A stretch of DNA of 64,000 nt from an uncultured Methanosarcinaceae archaeon (GCA_963847185.1 CAWJYV010000004.1:160001-224000), one strand, 5' to 3'; shown: positions 32,100 to 44,021, counted from the stretch's first letter. Program-made: numbers and translations. Notes: a model not told the origin generated them from the sequence alone.

Positions 32100-32639
32100 G
32101 TGACATCCATGAAGAATAAGAATACCTGCTTTCTTAGGAGATGTACGGCAGTGTCTGATGAAATTAAAAAGCAAATTGAAGACTTGATTTCTGAATCCAA
32201 TAATCTGATGGAGTCTTTAAGTAAGTTTTTTTATTCGGTACCCATTCAATACGCTCCATTCCTTGACATTGGGCCCTTTACGATATCTGATCTGCCTAAA
32301 ATGTGGGATTACGATCTTGACCCCAATATCAATATCTATGAGGGAGAGCCAGTACCGCTCAATTACAAATGGTTTAAACTGACTAAAGACCAGTTTCTTG
32401 AACAGGATGAATTGTTTAGAAGATACATAACATGGGCTTCAAGTGCCAGAAACCTGATTGAAATATTTTCGCCAGAAAAATTAGCTTTTTTTAATGAAAA
32501 GTCCGAAATTGTCAGAAAATGGATTGAAATGAGCGAACGATTACCGTCGGATGACAATGTAGAAATGTTTTTGAGATTTAGAAGACACTTCGCAAGCCAG
32601 CAACATATTGTTTCCGCTTTATTGGAGAAAATTGAGTAA
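32100..32639 (+). CDS. hypothetical protein
   Basis: 179-aa ORF between two repeat copies; AGGAG before GTG at about 32151 suggests a later start. Confidence 0.6.
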   Translation: MTSMKNKNTCFLRRCTAVSDEIKKQIEDLISESNNLMESLSKFFYSVPIQYAPFLDIGPFTISDLPKMWDYDLDPNINIYEGEPVPLNYKWFKLTKDQFLEQDELFRRYITWASSARNLIEIFSPEKLAFFNEKSEIVRKWIEMSERLPSDDNVEMFLRFRRHFASQQHIVSALLEKIE

Positions 32640-33094
32640 CAAATATTTTTTAGCCAAAATATAAATGAATTTTTAGTGTCATTTAATATGGAAGAAAATC
32701 TTTCTCCTCCGTTCAATTCAATTGAAATATATTTTTCCTGCCATCGGCCTGTCCCAATCTAAAGAGAACTAAAGAATCCGTCTGTTTTGCAGATTTATAT
32801 GATCATTTGCAGGGGCGATAAATTTTGCTTTACCGGATAATTAGCCTGAATCAGAATTTCAGGCACTTTTATTGCTCCATAAACCTTCGCTATAAAGTTT
32901 TTTCTCATTTGGAAGGTGCACTGCCATAATTATAGAAAGATTTATATATTTTAATTGCTATGTATGTGTGTTGACAAATAAAGATCCGTATAATCATCTG
33001 TTATTAAAAACCCAGTTTTGTTTTTAATCAAAGAGTTCTATACAATCTTATTTTTAAACTGTAACTAAAAAATCAAAACCAAGGTGAAACAAAT

Positions 33095-33283
33095 ATGGCT
33101 TTTAATGACAGAAACTTCAGAGGAAATTCTAATTTCGGCGCTCCCAGAGAAATGCACAAGACAATATGTTCAGACTGTAAGACTGAGACAGAAGTGCCTT
33201 TCAAGCCCGATCCAGAAAGACCGGTTTACTGCAGAGAGTGTCTTCCTAACCACAGGACGCCCAGAGAAAACCGCAGATACTAA
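33095..33283 (+). CDS. CxxC-x17-CxxC zinc-ribbon small protein, copy 3
   Basis: Same protein sequence as copy 5. Confidence 0.9.
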   Translation: MAFNDRNFRGNSNFGAPREMHKTICSDCKTETEVPFKPDPERPVYCRECLPNHRTPRENRRY

Positions 33284-33415
33284 GTGTTAAGTGTTATTTC
33301 TGTAATTGAGTTTACATAAACATTTATTTCTTTTCCACTTTTTAACTATACAATAAATACGGAATTATTTTTTAACTTGTGATCTTTTACAGCTTGTGAA
33401 GATGGCTTTCCAAGG

Positions 33416-33521
33416 CTAGTGTCTCAAAAATTTAGTTCTGAGTCCTCATAATTAAGAAAGGGACTACTAATAAGGTATTGTTAAGTATTAATGCCCAGTA
33501 ATTAAATTGTCATGACACTAG
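33416..33521. mobile_element. MITE-like element with CTAGTGTC/GACACTAG ends
   Basis: Short inverted termini only. Confidence 0.4.
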
Positions 33522-33665
33522 TCAGTTTTACCCTTTATTGATAAGTCGTATTAAGGGACTGTTTTAGAATAAAAGTGAAAACCTGTTAATTGAATCTTGT
33601 TTTCATTGGAGCTGTCCAAAACTGGACTGCTAAACAAAAAAGTGAAGCTCTTTGACCTATTCTTA

Positions 33666-33705
33666 TTCAATTCAATTCAATTCAATTCAATTCAATTCAA
33701 TTCAA
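33666..33705 (+). repeat. (TTCAA)8 microsatellite
   Basis: Eight perfect units directly before a repeat core. Confidence 0.95.
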
Positions 33706-34369
33706 TTATATTTTTTCTGCCATCGGCCTGCTCAAATCTAAAGAGAACTAAAAAATCCGTGATCTTTGGAGATTTAGAAGGAACACTCTGCAGGTTTTTT
33801 TGAATAAGCGATTCTTTTCCTCTGAGAGGAATTTTTCTGATCCAAGCGACGTTTTTAGGTTAATTCTGGATTAATAATAGCTATCAGAAACCTCCGTTTT
33901 CAGCATGATTCACAATCCTCGAACTTTTCTCAAGGAGTGTGAGGATTGGGGGAATTTTAAACTGCCGAAAATGAGGATTTCTTAACTGCCGTTGACAATT
34001 GCAAAGAGCAAAATATGAAGGATTTCATAAAATGAACACGCATCAGTAATAAGTGCAATCGTGGTAAATGTAAAAAGATTAGTTACAGTGAGTAGCTGAG
34101 AATATCGATAAACTCCTAAACTAGGTATCAATAATGAAAAGTTGAAAGAAAAGGATGAAAGGAATGGTCATTTTAGTGAAAAATCCTCTCAAAATTGAAG
34201 TATATTAATGAAGTTCAAATTTTGGCGCTGAAAATTTACGATGGCTAACCATTAGCTACTTTTACGACTCTATCTTATCTGATTAATCCCTTATCCCATA
34301 AGGCTAAAATGCCCCTTCCTCAAAACTCTAAGCTTTGTGAAGAGTTTAGGGAGGGGAAGTTGACTCGCT

Positions 34370-35431
34370 TTATTCATCCAGAAGAACAACAGGTTTGATC
34401 AGATCTCTTGGTTTTTCTTTCATGAGCATGAGAGCCTTTTCCATGTTGTCGAATCCTTCGAATACGTGGGTGGCCATTTTTTCGGGCTTTATTCTTCCGT
34501 AAGTACATAGGGCTGCCATTCTTTCCATTCTCAGACGACCTCCGGTTGTCAGACCACCACGTATGTCTTTTTGAGACATACCCACCCCCCATTCAATACG
34601 TGGAATAGGAAGTATGTCTCCGGTTCCGTAGTAATTGACGTTTGATACCGTGCCTCCGGGCTTTACAATTTTGATTGCATCTGAAATTGTGTTTTCATTC
34701 CCTCCTGCTATGATTACAGAATCCACACCTTTTCCATTCGTCTTTTCAAGAATCTGTTCAACAAGTCCACCTTTTCGGTAATCAACAATTTCAGACGCTC
34801 CGTATTCCATAGCAAGATCAACACTGACTTCCCGACTTCCTACTGCAATGAGCCTACCTGCGCCAAGAATAGATGCACCTGCCACTGCCATCAGACCAAC
34901 AGGACCAATTCCTATGACTGCAACTGTAGAGCCAGTTTTAATATTTGCCATTTCTGCACCCTGTATTCCAGTAGTTGCCATATCTGATAGCATGACAGCC
35001 TGTTCGAGGGGCATTCCTTTTGGAAGTAGAGCTAAATTCATGTCTGCATCATTTACATGGAAATATTCTGCAAAGACTCCACTTTTGAAGTTTGAAAACT
35101 TCCATCCACCAAGCATTCCATTTGAGTGCATAGGTACTCCATCCTGTGCCTCTATGGATCGCCAGTCAGGGGTAATTGCAGGGACAATTACTTTATCGCC
35201 TGGTTTGAAGTTTTTGACCTCTGATCCGATTTCTTCTATAACACCTACAGCTTCGTGTCCTAAAATCAAGTTTTTGCGATCTCCAAGCGCACCTTCCCAG
35301 ACAGTATGAATATCTGATGTACACGGCGCGACCGCAAGAGGCCTCACGATTGCATCATATGGTCCTGCTGAAGGTCTTTCAGCATCAATCCAGCCTACTT
35401 TCCCAATTTCAAGCATTGCAAATCCTTTCAT
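34370..35431 (-). CDS. adh: NADP-dependent secondary (isopropanol-type) zinc alcohol dehydrogenase
   Basis: MKGFAML, PCTSDIHTV, GHEAVG, GIGPVG, AVGSR, KPRDLIKPVV; closely resembles the Thermoanaerobacter/Clostridium secondary ADH family. Confidence 0.88.
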   Translation of the reverse strand: MKGFAMLEIGKVGWIDAERPSAGPYDAIVRPLAVAPCTSDIHTVWEGALGDRKNLILGHEAVGVIEEIGSEVKNFKPGDKVIVPAITPDWRSIEAQDGVPMHSNGMLGGWKFSNFKSGVFAEYFHVNDADMNLALLPKGMPLEQAVMLSDMATTGIQGAEMANIKTGSTVAVIGIGPVGLMAVAGASILGAGRLIAVGSREVSVDLAMEYGASEIVDYRKGGLVEQILEKTNGKGVDSVIIAGGNENTISDAIKIVKPGGTVSNVNYYGTGDILPIPRIEWGVGMSQKDIRGGLTTGGRLRMERMAALCTYGRIKPEKMATHVFEGFDNMEKALMLMKEKPRDLIKPVVLLDE

Positions 35432-35804
35432 ATTATTCCACCAACCTTTTCAAAATAATTATTTTTCAATGTTTTTTATAGTAACCCGCATATTAATCTG
35501 CTGTAGTGGTATTTATAATTACTAAGGATGGAAACTTGAATTTTATTTCAATTCAATTAATTAAAATATATTTTCCCTGCTATCTGCTTGCCCTAATATA
35601 AAGAGAACTCAAAAAACCCGTGATTATTTGTAGCGTTAGAAAGAGCACTTTGCAGAATTGATAAGTTTAACTTGTCTCTTTCATTGGATAGCACCAAGAA
35701 TCCAAAATTTAATCAATCAATTCGTAGAATCTATATAAGATCTCGATAAGATCTCGATTCAGTATAAAAATAAATATTCAAAGGTTCGGACAGGAGTATT
35801 AATT

Positions 35805-36007
35805 ATGCTTATACAATTATCCGGGAATCTCTTGAGATAGCAAAATATGAAATAATAGATGACAAAGAACCTTATTATATGGAGAAGTTCCCGAACTTGA
35901 AGGTGCATGGATTACAGGCAAGAACCTTGAAAGGTGCCAGAAAATATAGAATAAGTTATTGATGAATGGATTGCTATCAGATTGAGAAATGAGCTCTGTC
36001 TGCCTAG
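35805..36007 (+). pseudogene. HicB-like antitoxin remnant
   Basis: AKYEIIDDKEPY / GEVPELEGAWITGKNLERCQ / VIDEWIAIRLR in shifting frames; AGGAG RBS. Confidence 0.7.
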
Positions 36008-36120
36008 ATTTTGCAATTTTCTAACTATATAAATACCCTGAAGACCTCATGCCGATCTAAGGAAGTTAATGAACGGAATTTTGTAGGCCAGGTCGTGAGC
36101 TCCTTTCAACAGATTTTGAA

Positions 36121-36830
36121 TCATAACTTTGTAGCTATGATTGAAACCAGATTAAAGTAGTTTCCACCTTCAGCTTCCATCATTCCTATATCTCTACGAG
36201 CAAAGTCGTTGTCACACATAAGCCAATCTTTCCATGATTCCTCTAAACAATTTAACTCTTTACACTCCTGAATAGTTACCAGATCGGAAGTTTTCCATAA
36301 ATTATACCACCAGTCAGCAAGAGTAATAGATTTATATCATCACCCCAGTAAGGCTGTAATTCTGCCGGAACTCCATTCGTAAAATTCTTTTTCAATCCAG
36401 GAACTGCAACTGCAATTTGTCCTCCTTTTTTTACAAGCGGTGCAAGATGATTTGTCAGATAATCTTTTTCAGCCCCGAAAAAATTATAGGCATCTATACA
36501 GATAGCAGCATCAAAAAATTCATTTGCAAAAGGCAAATCGTGGGCTTCTGCGTGTATTGGTATTATTTTATCTTCCAGTCCCATTGACTTAATTCTCTCA
36601 TAGTTATCTGTTGCACTTATCCAGAGATCAGTTGCAAAAACTGTAACATCATATTCTTTTGCCAGGAATATTGAGGTCAGCCCTCTCCCACAGCCAAGAT
36701 CGAGTATTCTCATGCCTTTCTCAAGCTTCAAAGATTCGGAAACTTCCTCAAGAATCTTCATTGCATTTGGTCCCATCATGTTTTCTTTAACAAAATCAAA
36801 ATCATACCTGTTACTTTTTGTAAACATCAT
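36121..36830 (-). pseudogene. class I SAM-dependent methyltransferase, frameshifted near 36320
   Basis: MMGPN, ILDLGCGRGLTS; C-terminus continues in another frame (DWWYNLWKTS...IIATKL*). Confidence 0.8.
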
Positions 36831-37065
36831 CTTGACCACTTTTAGTTAATCTATCCCATATTATTTCATGGAGTTTGTTACTTATAATTCTTCTATGACT
36901 TCGAGGCAACCTTTGTCACATATCGTTCTTTTATTTGAACTAATGTATTCAGTCAGTATAGCCTTTAACTTAACAACTTCACTTTCATATGCTTGAGCAG
37001 TAGTCTTAATATCGTTCAGAAAGATAACCGTTTTACTCTACAATAAACTGAAAAGTAGTGAAAAG

Positions 37066-37899
37066 ATGAATGAAAAATTACTTGCAAAAATTGGATTGAA
37101 CAAGTATGAGAGTTCAGTTTACCTGACACTTCTAAAACAAGATTCTATGGAAGCAAGCAAATTATCACATGCATCGAAAGTCCCTATAGGAAAGATCTAC
37201 GAGGTTCTCAAAGCCCTCAAAAACTATGAGCTTGTCGAAATCCAACCGTCACGGCCACAGAGATACCGGGCGTTTGATCCTAAAAGCGCATTTAAACTGA
37301 TGTACAAAAGAAAAGAGGAAGAAACACTCAATGAGCTCAGAATGCTCAAGGAAACATTTGATGAAATCGAAAGGAAACTTTGCAACGACAATTCCCCACA
37401 AAATGTTGAAACTGTCTTCTGGCCTGACAGGTTTCGTAATAATGAACTAAACGAAATGGTGGATTCATCTTTTGAGAAAATCGAGCATGAAATATGTGTT
37501 GTAATCCATATTAAGTACAAGCCCGAAAGATCGGAGCTATATGATGCCTCAGTATCCACCTTTAGCAAAGCTTATTTGAGTTTAGTACAGCGTGGCATAA
37601 AAGTTAAAATTTTAGATCCGGGATCACAATTACTGCCATCATTAAAAGAGCTTATTGATTCAATAGAAGATCTGTCATTTAAACGCTATTTTAAGGATCT
37701 GATGGAAGTAAGAATTTTAGAAACCGAACACAATTTTTCAATCATTGATTCTAAGATAACCCTTCTCGATATTGAAGACCAGTTCAATATGAGTAGAAAC
37801 CTCGGTATGACAAGAATATATGATGAATTATATGCAAAGCGATTCAAGACAAAGTTTGATGAGCTCTGGACAAAGGGTGAATTGTTTTCTCTGACCTGA
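37066..37899 (+). CDS. TrmB family transcriptional regulator
   Basis: GLNKYESSVYLTLL..SKVPIGKIYEVLKAL wHTH; PLD-like C-terminal domain ending FDELW. Confidence 0.88.
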   Translation: MNEKLLAKIGLNKYESSVYLTLLKQDSMEASKLSHASKVPIGKIYEVLKALKNYELVEIQPSRPQRYRAFDPKSAFKLMYKRKEEETLNELRMLKETFDEIERKLCNDNSPQNVETVFWPDRFRNNELNEMVDSSFEKIEHEICVVIHIKYKPERSELYDASVSTFSKAYLSLVQRGIKVKILDPGSQLLPSLKELIDSIEDLSFKRYFKDLMEVRILETEHNFSIIDSKITLLDIEDQFNMSRNLGMTRIYDELYAKRFKTKFDELWTKGELFSLT

Positions 37900-38342
37900 C
37901 TTGCAAAGATATCCGTAAATTTCAATTTTTCTATTAGTTTTTGCCTTCAGCCAAAAACCATATGAAAATACAAACTGTTGAAATTATTGAGTTATGTTTG
38001 TTAAGAAAAGCGAAATTGAAAACCCGTGATTTTTGCAGCTTTGGAGAAAGCGCTTTTCAGGGTCGATAAATTTTGCTTTATCAGTTAATCAACCGGAGTT
38101 AGAATTTCAGGCACTTTTATCGCTCCATAAACCTTCGCTATAAAGTTTTTTCTCATTTGGAAGGTGCACTGCCATAATTATAGAAAGATTTATATATTTT
38201 AATTGCTATGTATGTGTGTTGACAAATAAAGATCAGTATAATCATCTGTTATTAAAAACCAAGTTTTGTTTTTAATCAAAGAGTTCTATACAATCTTATT
38301 TTTAAACCGTAACTAAAAAATCAAAACCAAGGTGAAACAAAT

Positions 38343-38531
38343 ATGGCTTTTAATGACAGAAACTTCAGAGGAAACTCTAACTTCGGCGCTCCCAGAGAAA
38401 TGCACAAGACAATATGTTCAGACTGTAAAACTGAGACAGAAGTGCCTTTCAAACCTGACCCAGAAAGACCGGTCTACTGCAGAGAGTGCCTTCCTAACCA
38501 CAGGACACCCAGAGAAGACCGCAGATATTAA
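38343..38531 (+). CDS. CxxC-x17-CxxC zinc-ribbon small protein, copy 4
   Basis: One residue different from copies 3 and 5. Confidence 0.9.
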   Translation: MAFNDRNFRGNSNFGAPREMHKTICSDCKTETEVPFKPDPERPVYCRECLPNHRTPREDRRY

Positions 38532-39037
38532 GTGTTATTTCTGTAATTGAGTTTACATAAACACTTATTTCTTTTCCACTTTTTTTAAATATATCTTAGG
38601 CTCGGAATATACTTTTTTCTTAATCGAGAGCTTTTGCAGAATTAGAAGGCACACTTTGCATGAGTCTTTTTTGATTGCAGTGATCTTTTCTTTGGGAGGG
38701 CTATTTTCAGATTAAAGTTAACTCTTCTTCCAAGTTCAATTCAACTAAAATATATTTTTCCTGACATCGGCCTTCTCCAATCTAAAGAGAACTAAAAACC
38801 CGTGATTTTCGCAGCTTTATAAGGGGCACTTTGCAGGGCTTCTTTAGATTAAGCGATTCTTTTCCTCTGAGGGGGATTTTTTGATTCAAAGCGACGTTTT
38901 TCAGGTAGTTATGGGTAAGGAAAAATCTTCATGAATTGGACCGCTGAATAAGAGGTGAAAATTCCTCCTTATCCCTTCCAGGCAACTCAAAGTCATCTTC
39001 CCAACAGATATCTTCAGCAGGAATCAAGCTATTTCAA

Positions 39038-39800
39038 TCATCTGGTTTCAAGAACCCATTTCCAGAGAGGAACATAACTGATATCATTTTCCTTTTTTTC
39101 GAAATTCTTCGTAAGCAAGATTAACCTGGAAGCTTTCTCCCCAAAATATTCCTTGAATTCCAGAAGAGCATTGATTTCTCCCTGTCTTATGTGATCTGTA
39201 CAAGTGCAGTTTATACCTGTGAGTGCTCCATCTATGCCTTTGATGACAAAATCTACTTCTCTTTTTTCTTTCCAGTAAAAGAATTCTACTTTTCTCCTCT
39301 TCAACTCTACAAAAGCCAGGTTCTCTGCAAGCCTTCCTTCATCAGCAGAAAAGGTGAATGCCGCTGAATTTCGAAGCCCATTATCAATGCAGTAGACCTT
39401 TTTGGGCATTCTGATTGAGATTGAATCTTTGACTGAGTATGAAAAGAAGTTCAACTGGTATATCAGGTAGGCCTGTTCTAGATAAAGCAGGTATTCTTTC
39501 AAGCTGTTGACTGAGAGCCCGATGGCATTCGAGATTTTTGAATAACTCAGGAGAGTGGAGACATTTGATAGGGAATAATTCGCAAGTTCGATCAGTTTTG
39601 CGCTTTCCCGGATATTGCAACCCACCACTATATCCCGAAGGAGGATGCTGTTGAAGTACTCGGTTAGCCGGAGGTGATTGATATCCATATCATCTTCAAG
39701 GACAACTTCGGGAAAACCTCCTTTGAAGAGATACTTGTTAAAATAGTGCAGAATTTCGTTTCTCTGAATATCAGGATCTTTTAATTCAAAACCCTCAAAT
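39038..39800 (-). pseudogene. AAA+ ATPase/DUF4143 protein, N-terminal ATPase half deleted
   Basis: GGFPEV upstream of the ORF-track start; KKVYCIDNGL, LAENL, EVDFV; no Walker A present. Confidence 0.8.
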
Positions 39801-40002
39801 TTGTGTGTGGAGTATTTATATCTTTCATTATAATGATGATTTTAGCTATAAATACCGTCATTACAATGACGGTTATATAAATGAAATTAGATTTGAATCT
39901 TGTAATATCGGGATGTTGAACAAGAAAGGAGATTTCTTATTTTGTCCTCCAATTCAGTTAAAATATATTTTTCCTGCCGACGGTCTGCTTACATCTTTTC
40001 CG

Positions 40003-40745
40003 GGTATTGTTAACTAAATATAGTTAACTCTTTATTTCTGTATTTCATTAAGAGAAGAACTGAGTACTTTAGCATTTCAAGACTCTTAGTATAACACTTT
40101 GTCTTTCGCCTCAATCTTGCCAGAAAGTGCCTCAATATGCTGTTATATCCTTCAACAGTATACGTTTCTGCTTTGGATTGAGTATGAATAGTTTCTGGAA
40201 CAAACTCTGCATATGCCTTCCAGTGATCAGTCATCACTTTTTCAATCTCTTTTTTCCTTTAATTTTTCCCAGAGTTTTTGTCCAGTTTCTGTTCCTCTAC
40301 TACCAAAAGAGCAGTTGATGAACTTTTTCCCAACTCTATCAACAGCAATCCAGATCCAGCAATATTTTTTTTGTTACCGATGTAAGTGTGCATCTCATCC
40401 ATTTCAACAATAGATATCTCATTTTCGCTTTTTAGGTCCTCTAACTCCTGACCAAATTTCTTTATCCATTTTTGGACAGAAACATGACTTACTCCCAAAA
40501 ATCGCCCTATTGAGCGAAACCCTAATCCTTCAAGATAGAGTTGCAAAGCCTGTCTCTTAACAGAAGCGGAGATAGCAGTTGATTTTAGCTCTACTGAATA
40601 GTTATATCCACAATCACCGCATTTGTAGCGTTGACGGCCATCAACTTTACCATTCTTTTTATGATTGGAGACTCTTACATCTTGGACAGTTCATGCAAGA
40701 AATATAATTTCTCATAATATATATCAGTATTTAGATACCAATGCC
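40003..40745 (-). mobile_element. IS1-family element, full length, InsA frameshifted
   Basis: TIRs GGTATTGTTAACTAAATA / TATTTAGATACCAATGCC; DEMHTY, A8 slippery site, TDHWKAY, EGYNSILRH. Confidence 0.92.
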
Positions 40746-41240
40746 TTTTTTTCCTTTAATTTTTCCCAGAGTTTTTGTCCAGTTTCTGTTCCTCTGCTAC
40801 CAAAAGAGCAGTTGATGAACTTTTTCCCAAATCTATCAACAGCAATCCAGATCCAGCAATATTTTTTTTGTTACCGATGTAAGTGTGCATCTCATCCATT
40901 TCAACAATAGAGATCTCATTTTCGCTTTTTAGTTCCTCTAGCTCCTGACCAAATTTCTTTATCCATTTTTGGACGGAAACATGACTTACTCCCAAAAAAC
41001 GCCCTATTGACCGAAATCCTAATCCTTCAAGATAGAGTTGTAAAGCCTGTCTCTTAACAGATGCGGAACTAGCAGTTGATTTTAGCTCTACTGAATAATT
41101 ATATCCACAATCAGAGCATTTGTAGCGTTGACGGCCATTAACTTTACCATTCTTATTATGATCGAGACTCTTACATCTTGGACAGTTCATCAAGAGATAT
41201 AAGTTCTCATAATATATGTCAGTATTTAGATACCAATGCC
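40746..41240 (-). mobile_element. second, partial IS1 copy in tandem (intact InsA, truncated InsB)
   Basis: MNCPRC...YKCSDC + HTH; similar to 40250-40745; one TIR ending at 41240. Confidence 0.9.
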
Positions 41241-42853
41241 CTTTTTTTTATTATAATCTTGATATTTTCAGTTACCTTAGGTATAAATGCTATCAATTTC
41301 TCCATTTTAAACAAAGTTTCTGCCTCCTCTGATATCTCTTCAACCGGTAGTGGCTATAATGACTCAGTTTGGGAAGAAAACGATATTGGATCCAACTTTG
41401 TAGCACAAGATAAAATAGTAATTGGAGAGGGACGCAACGATGGCATCAAAAGGGTATATTCTGCAGACGGCGTTTCGGGCTCTGGTACTATATATGAATA
41501 TAGTTTTAATAACGGTGAATGGGAAAAGAGGAGTATTATAGAAGATAGCTCAAACGATTCAACAGTTGTTCAAGATGTTAATACGGTTTATGGACTAGAG
41601 ATTGGAGATTTTCGCAATGACACAATAAATAGAATTTATGCTTCTGGTTATAATTTAGCGGAATATAACTTTGATTCCGGCTCATGGCTTGGGTATGTGA
41701 AAGGTCCTGATCAGATTCAGTGGACTAATGATATGGTTTTGGGGGATGTCGCAATGATGGCTACATAAGGATGTATGTAGCTGGATGGGGAGAAATTTAT
41801 GAAGTTTCCTATAATCACGGGAATTGGGATTCAATAAAAATTGATACTGGAGGACAGCGAGTAGAAGAACTGTTCGTTACTGATGGTAGGAACGATGGAG
41901 TTTTCAGACTATATGCTGCAATAAATGAGCATATTTATGAGTATACTTGGTCAGGAAGCGAGTGGGAAACAGTTGATTGCAGTGCGATAGGTAACGAGCC
42001 TTATATTTTGTCCTGCGATATGTATGGAGGCGATGCAAGAAATGATGGTAAAAATAGGATTTATCTGGTTGCTGGAGGCCTTTATGAACTGTCTTATAAT
42101 GCTAAGAACTGGGATAGTATTGTAATCGCAGATTCAAATAAAATTGGCGCAGTTACTATTGGTATTGGAAATGACGGGATAAATCATCTCTATACAGGAA
42201 GCTCAACAGGCATTGGTGAATACACATTTAGTAACGGAGCATGGAAAAAGACAGCAAATTATGATACCAAATATAAAGTCAACGATCTAACAGTTGGACA
42301 AGGCAGAAACGATGAAGTAAATCACATTTATGCAACTAGTGACGACAACCACGTTTATGAATATAGCTATACTGGAGGGAAAATATCGAATGAAGATAAC
42401 GTCGTAAATAATGGAACGAAAACAACACCAAAGGAAAATGTGTATCTGATAACAGCTACATTAATAATAGTATCTATATTAATTTTCATTAGATCAAAGT
42501 TAGAAGATAACCTGCTCAAAAATAGAATATTGTACATTATTGCGGGTATTCTAGTAGTTGTTATCTCGGTTGTTACATTCTTAATGGATATTATATCGAA
42601 TGTTAAACTAGTTTTTATCTTAATTCTTATATTAAATATCATCTTAACAGCAGTCATATCTCATTCAAGAAAACATAAGCAGAAGAAGAAGGATGAAAAA
42701 CAAGGAGAGAATAACGAAAAAGAAGAAAAAGCAATTGAAATCGAAACAAAATCGCAAGAAAATGTTTCCGTGAAAACTGTTACATTGGAATTATTAATGA
42801 ATATTATTGGAAACATTATTGCGGGCTTAATAATTGCTTTGATACTTCACTAA
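41241..42853 (+). pseudogene. membrane-anchored repeat (probable beta-propeller) surface protein, start removed by IS1 and frameshifted at about 41750
   Basis: About 7 G(D/E)GRNDG..R(I/L)Y...YEY repeats; residual hydrophobic signal; C-terminal TM helices. Confidence 0.7.
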
Positions 42854-43088
42854 ATTCTACTAAAACGGTTATTTCAATAAATTATTCATGTCGCACTTAT
42901 GTAATCTTATTTTTCTCCCAAAATTATCGAATTTAATCTATTATATTTTCCCTGCCGGCGGCCTGCTTACATCTTTTCCGAAATCTACCTCGAATACGTT
43001 TGTTAAGAAAAGTGTAAGAAGAGTGAAATTAAAAATCCTTCGATATGTCTATCCAATTTCTTCCTTATACTTTATTAAGACATAGAAA

Positions 43089-44021
43089 TCAAACATCTTT
43101 TTTCCCATGCTCGGAGAGATATTGTTCAACAGCACGTTTTGAACTATGCCACGTTTTTCCGATTTTTACCGCATCTAGGAGCCCCTGCCTGGCTCGCAAG
43201 CTGAGGTATTCCTGAGAATAAGGAGTTTCAATGGCAAGTTCTTTTAGAGGCAGTAGTTCGTCGTTTCCTCCTGAGATGGAGAGGTAGAGAGTTAGGTTTT
43301 CATCCACAGCTTTTGCAATGAAATTAGCAAATGCTCTCAGGTTTCCAGCATCTGCAGCCCTAAGAAATTTATAATATTTTCCCCTGTCCTCTTTTTTGAG
43401 CACGACAGGAGGATAATCCCTTGAGATCAAATACAGGTTTGTGAGAAGCCGGGCTACTCGTCCGTTTCCATCGCTGAAGGGATGAATTTCAACAAATCTG
43501 TGATGCAGGAATGAAGCTATCTCAATGGGATGCGCCTTGCTTTGAGCTATATTTTCAATTAACTCATCCATGAGTTTCACTATCTTCGACCAATCAGGAG
43601 GAGTCTTTACTGCACCTGCTATTCTCACATTTCTTGTGCGGTATCTTCCGGCATCTTCAAGTATGCCGATGGTTACAATTTCGTGGATTTCCTGAATCGT
43701 AACATGGTCTATTGCACATTTTTTCTTTGCCAGCTCTTCCATCCGGTCATAAGCTTTTGCATTATTGTTTGCTTCAAGATGCTCCCTGAGAGATTTCCCC
43801 CCAATGGTCAGACCTTCTTCCAGAACAAGTTTTGTTTCCTGAAGTGTGAGCGTATTGCCCTCTATTGCATTGGAGTGATAGGTATGAACTAACCTCATCT
43901 CTTCATGCAGCCTTGCTAAAGCATCTGCTGGAACTGGCCTAATTGAGTCTAGCTGTTTCATTTTTTCATTTATTCGTGCAAGGAGTTCTTCTCGAATCAG
44001 AGTAGTATCGGTATTGGCCAT
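43089..44021 (-). CDS. Fic family protein with C-terminal HTH
   Basis: HPFSDGNGRVAR, inhibitory SNAIEG motif, C-terminal LKELA..YSQEYLSLRARQG..AVKIG.TW. Confidence 0.92.
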   Translation of the reverse strand: MANTDTTLIREELLARINEKMKQLDSIRPVPADALARLHEEMRLVHTYHSNAIEGNTLTLQETKLVLEEGLTIGGKSLREHLEANNNAKAYDRMEELAKKKCAIDHVTIQEIHEIVTIGILEDAGRYRTRNVRIAGAVKTPPDWSKIVKLMDELIENIAQSKAHPIEIASFLHHRFVEIHPFSDGNGRVARLLTNLYLISRDYPPVVLKKEDRGKYYKFLRAADAGNLRAFANFIAKAVDENLTLYLSISGGNDELLPLKELAIETPYSQEYLSLRARQGLLDAVKIGKTWHSSKRAVEQYLSEHGKKDV

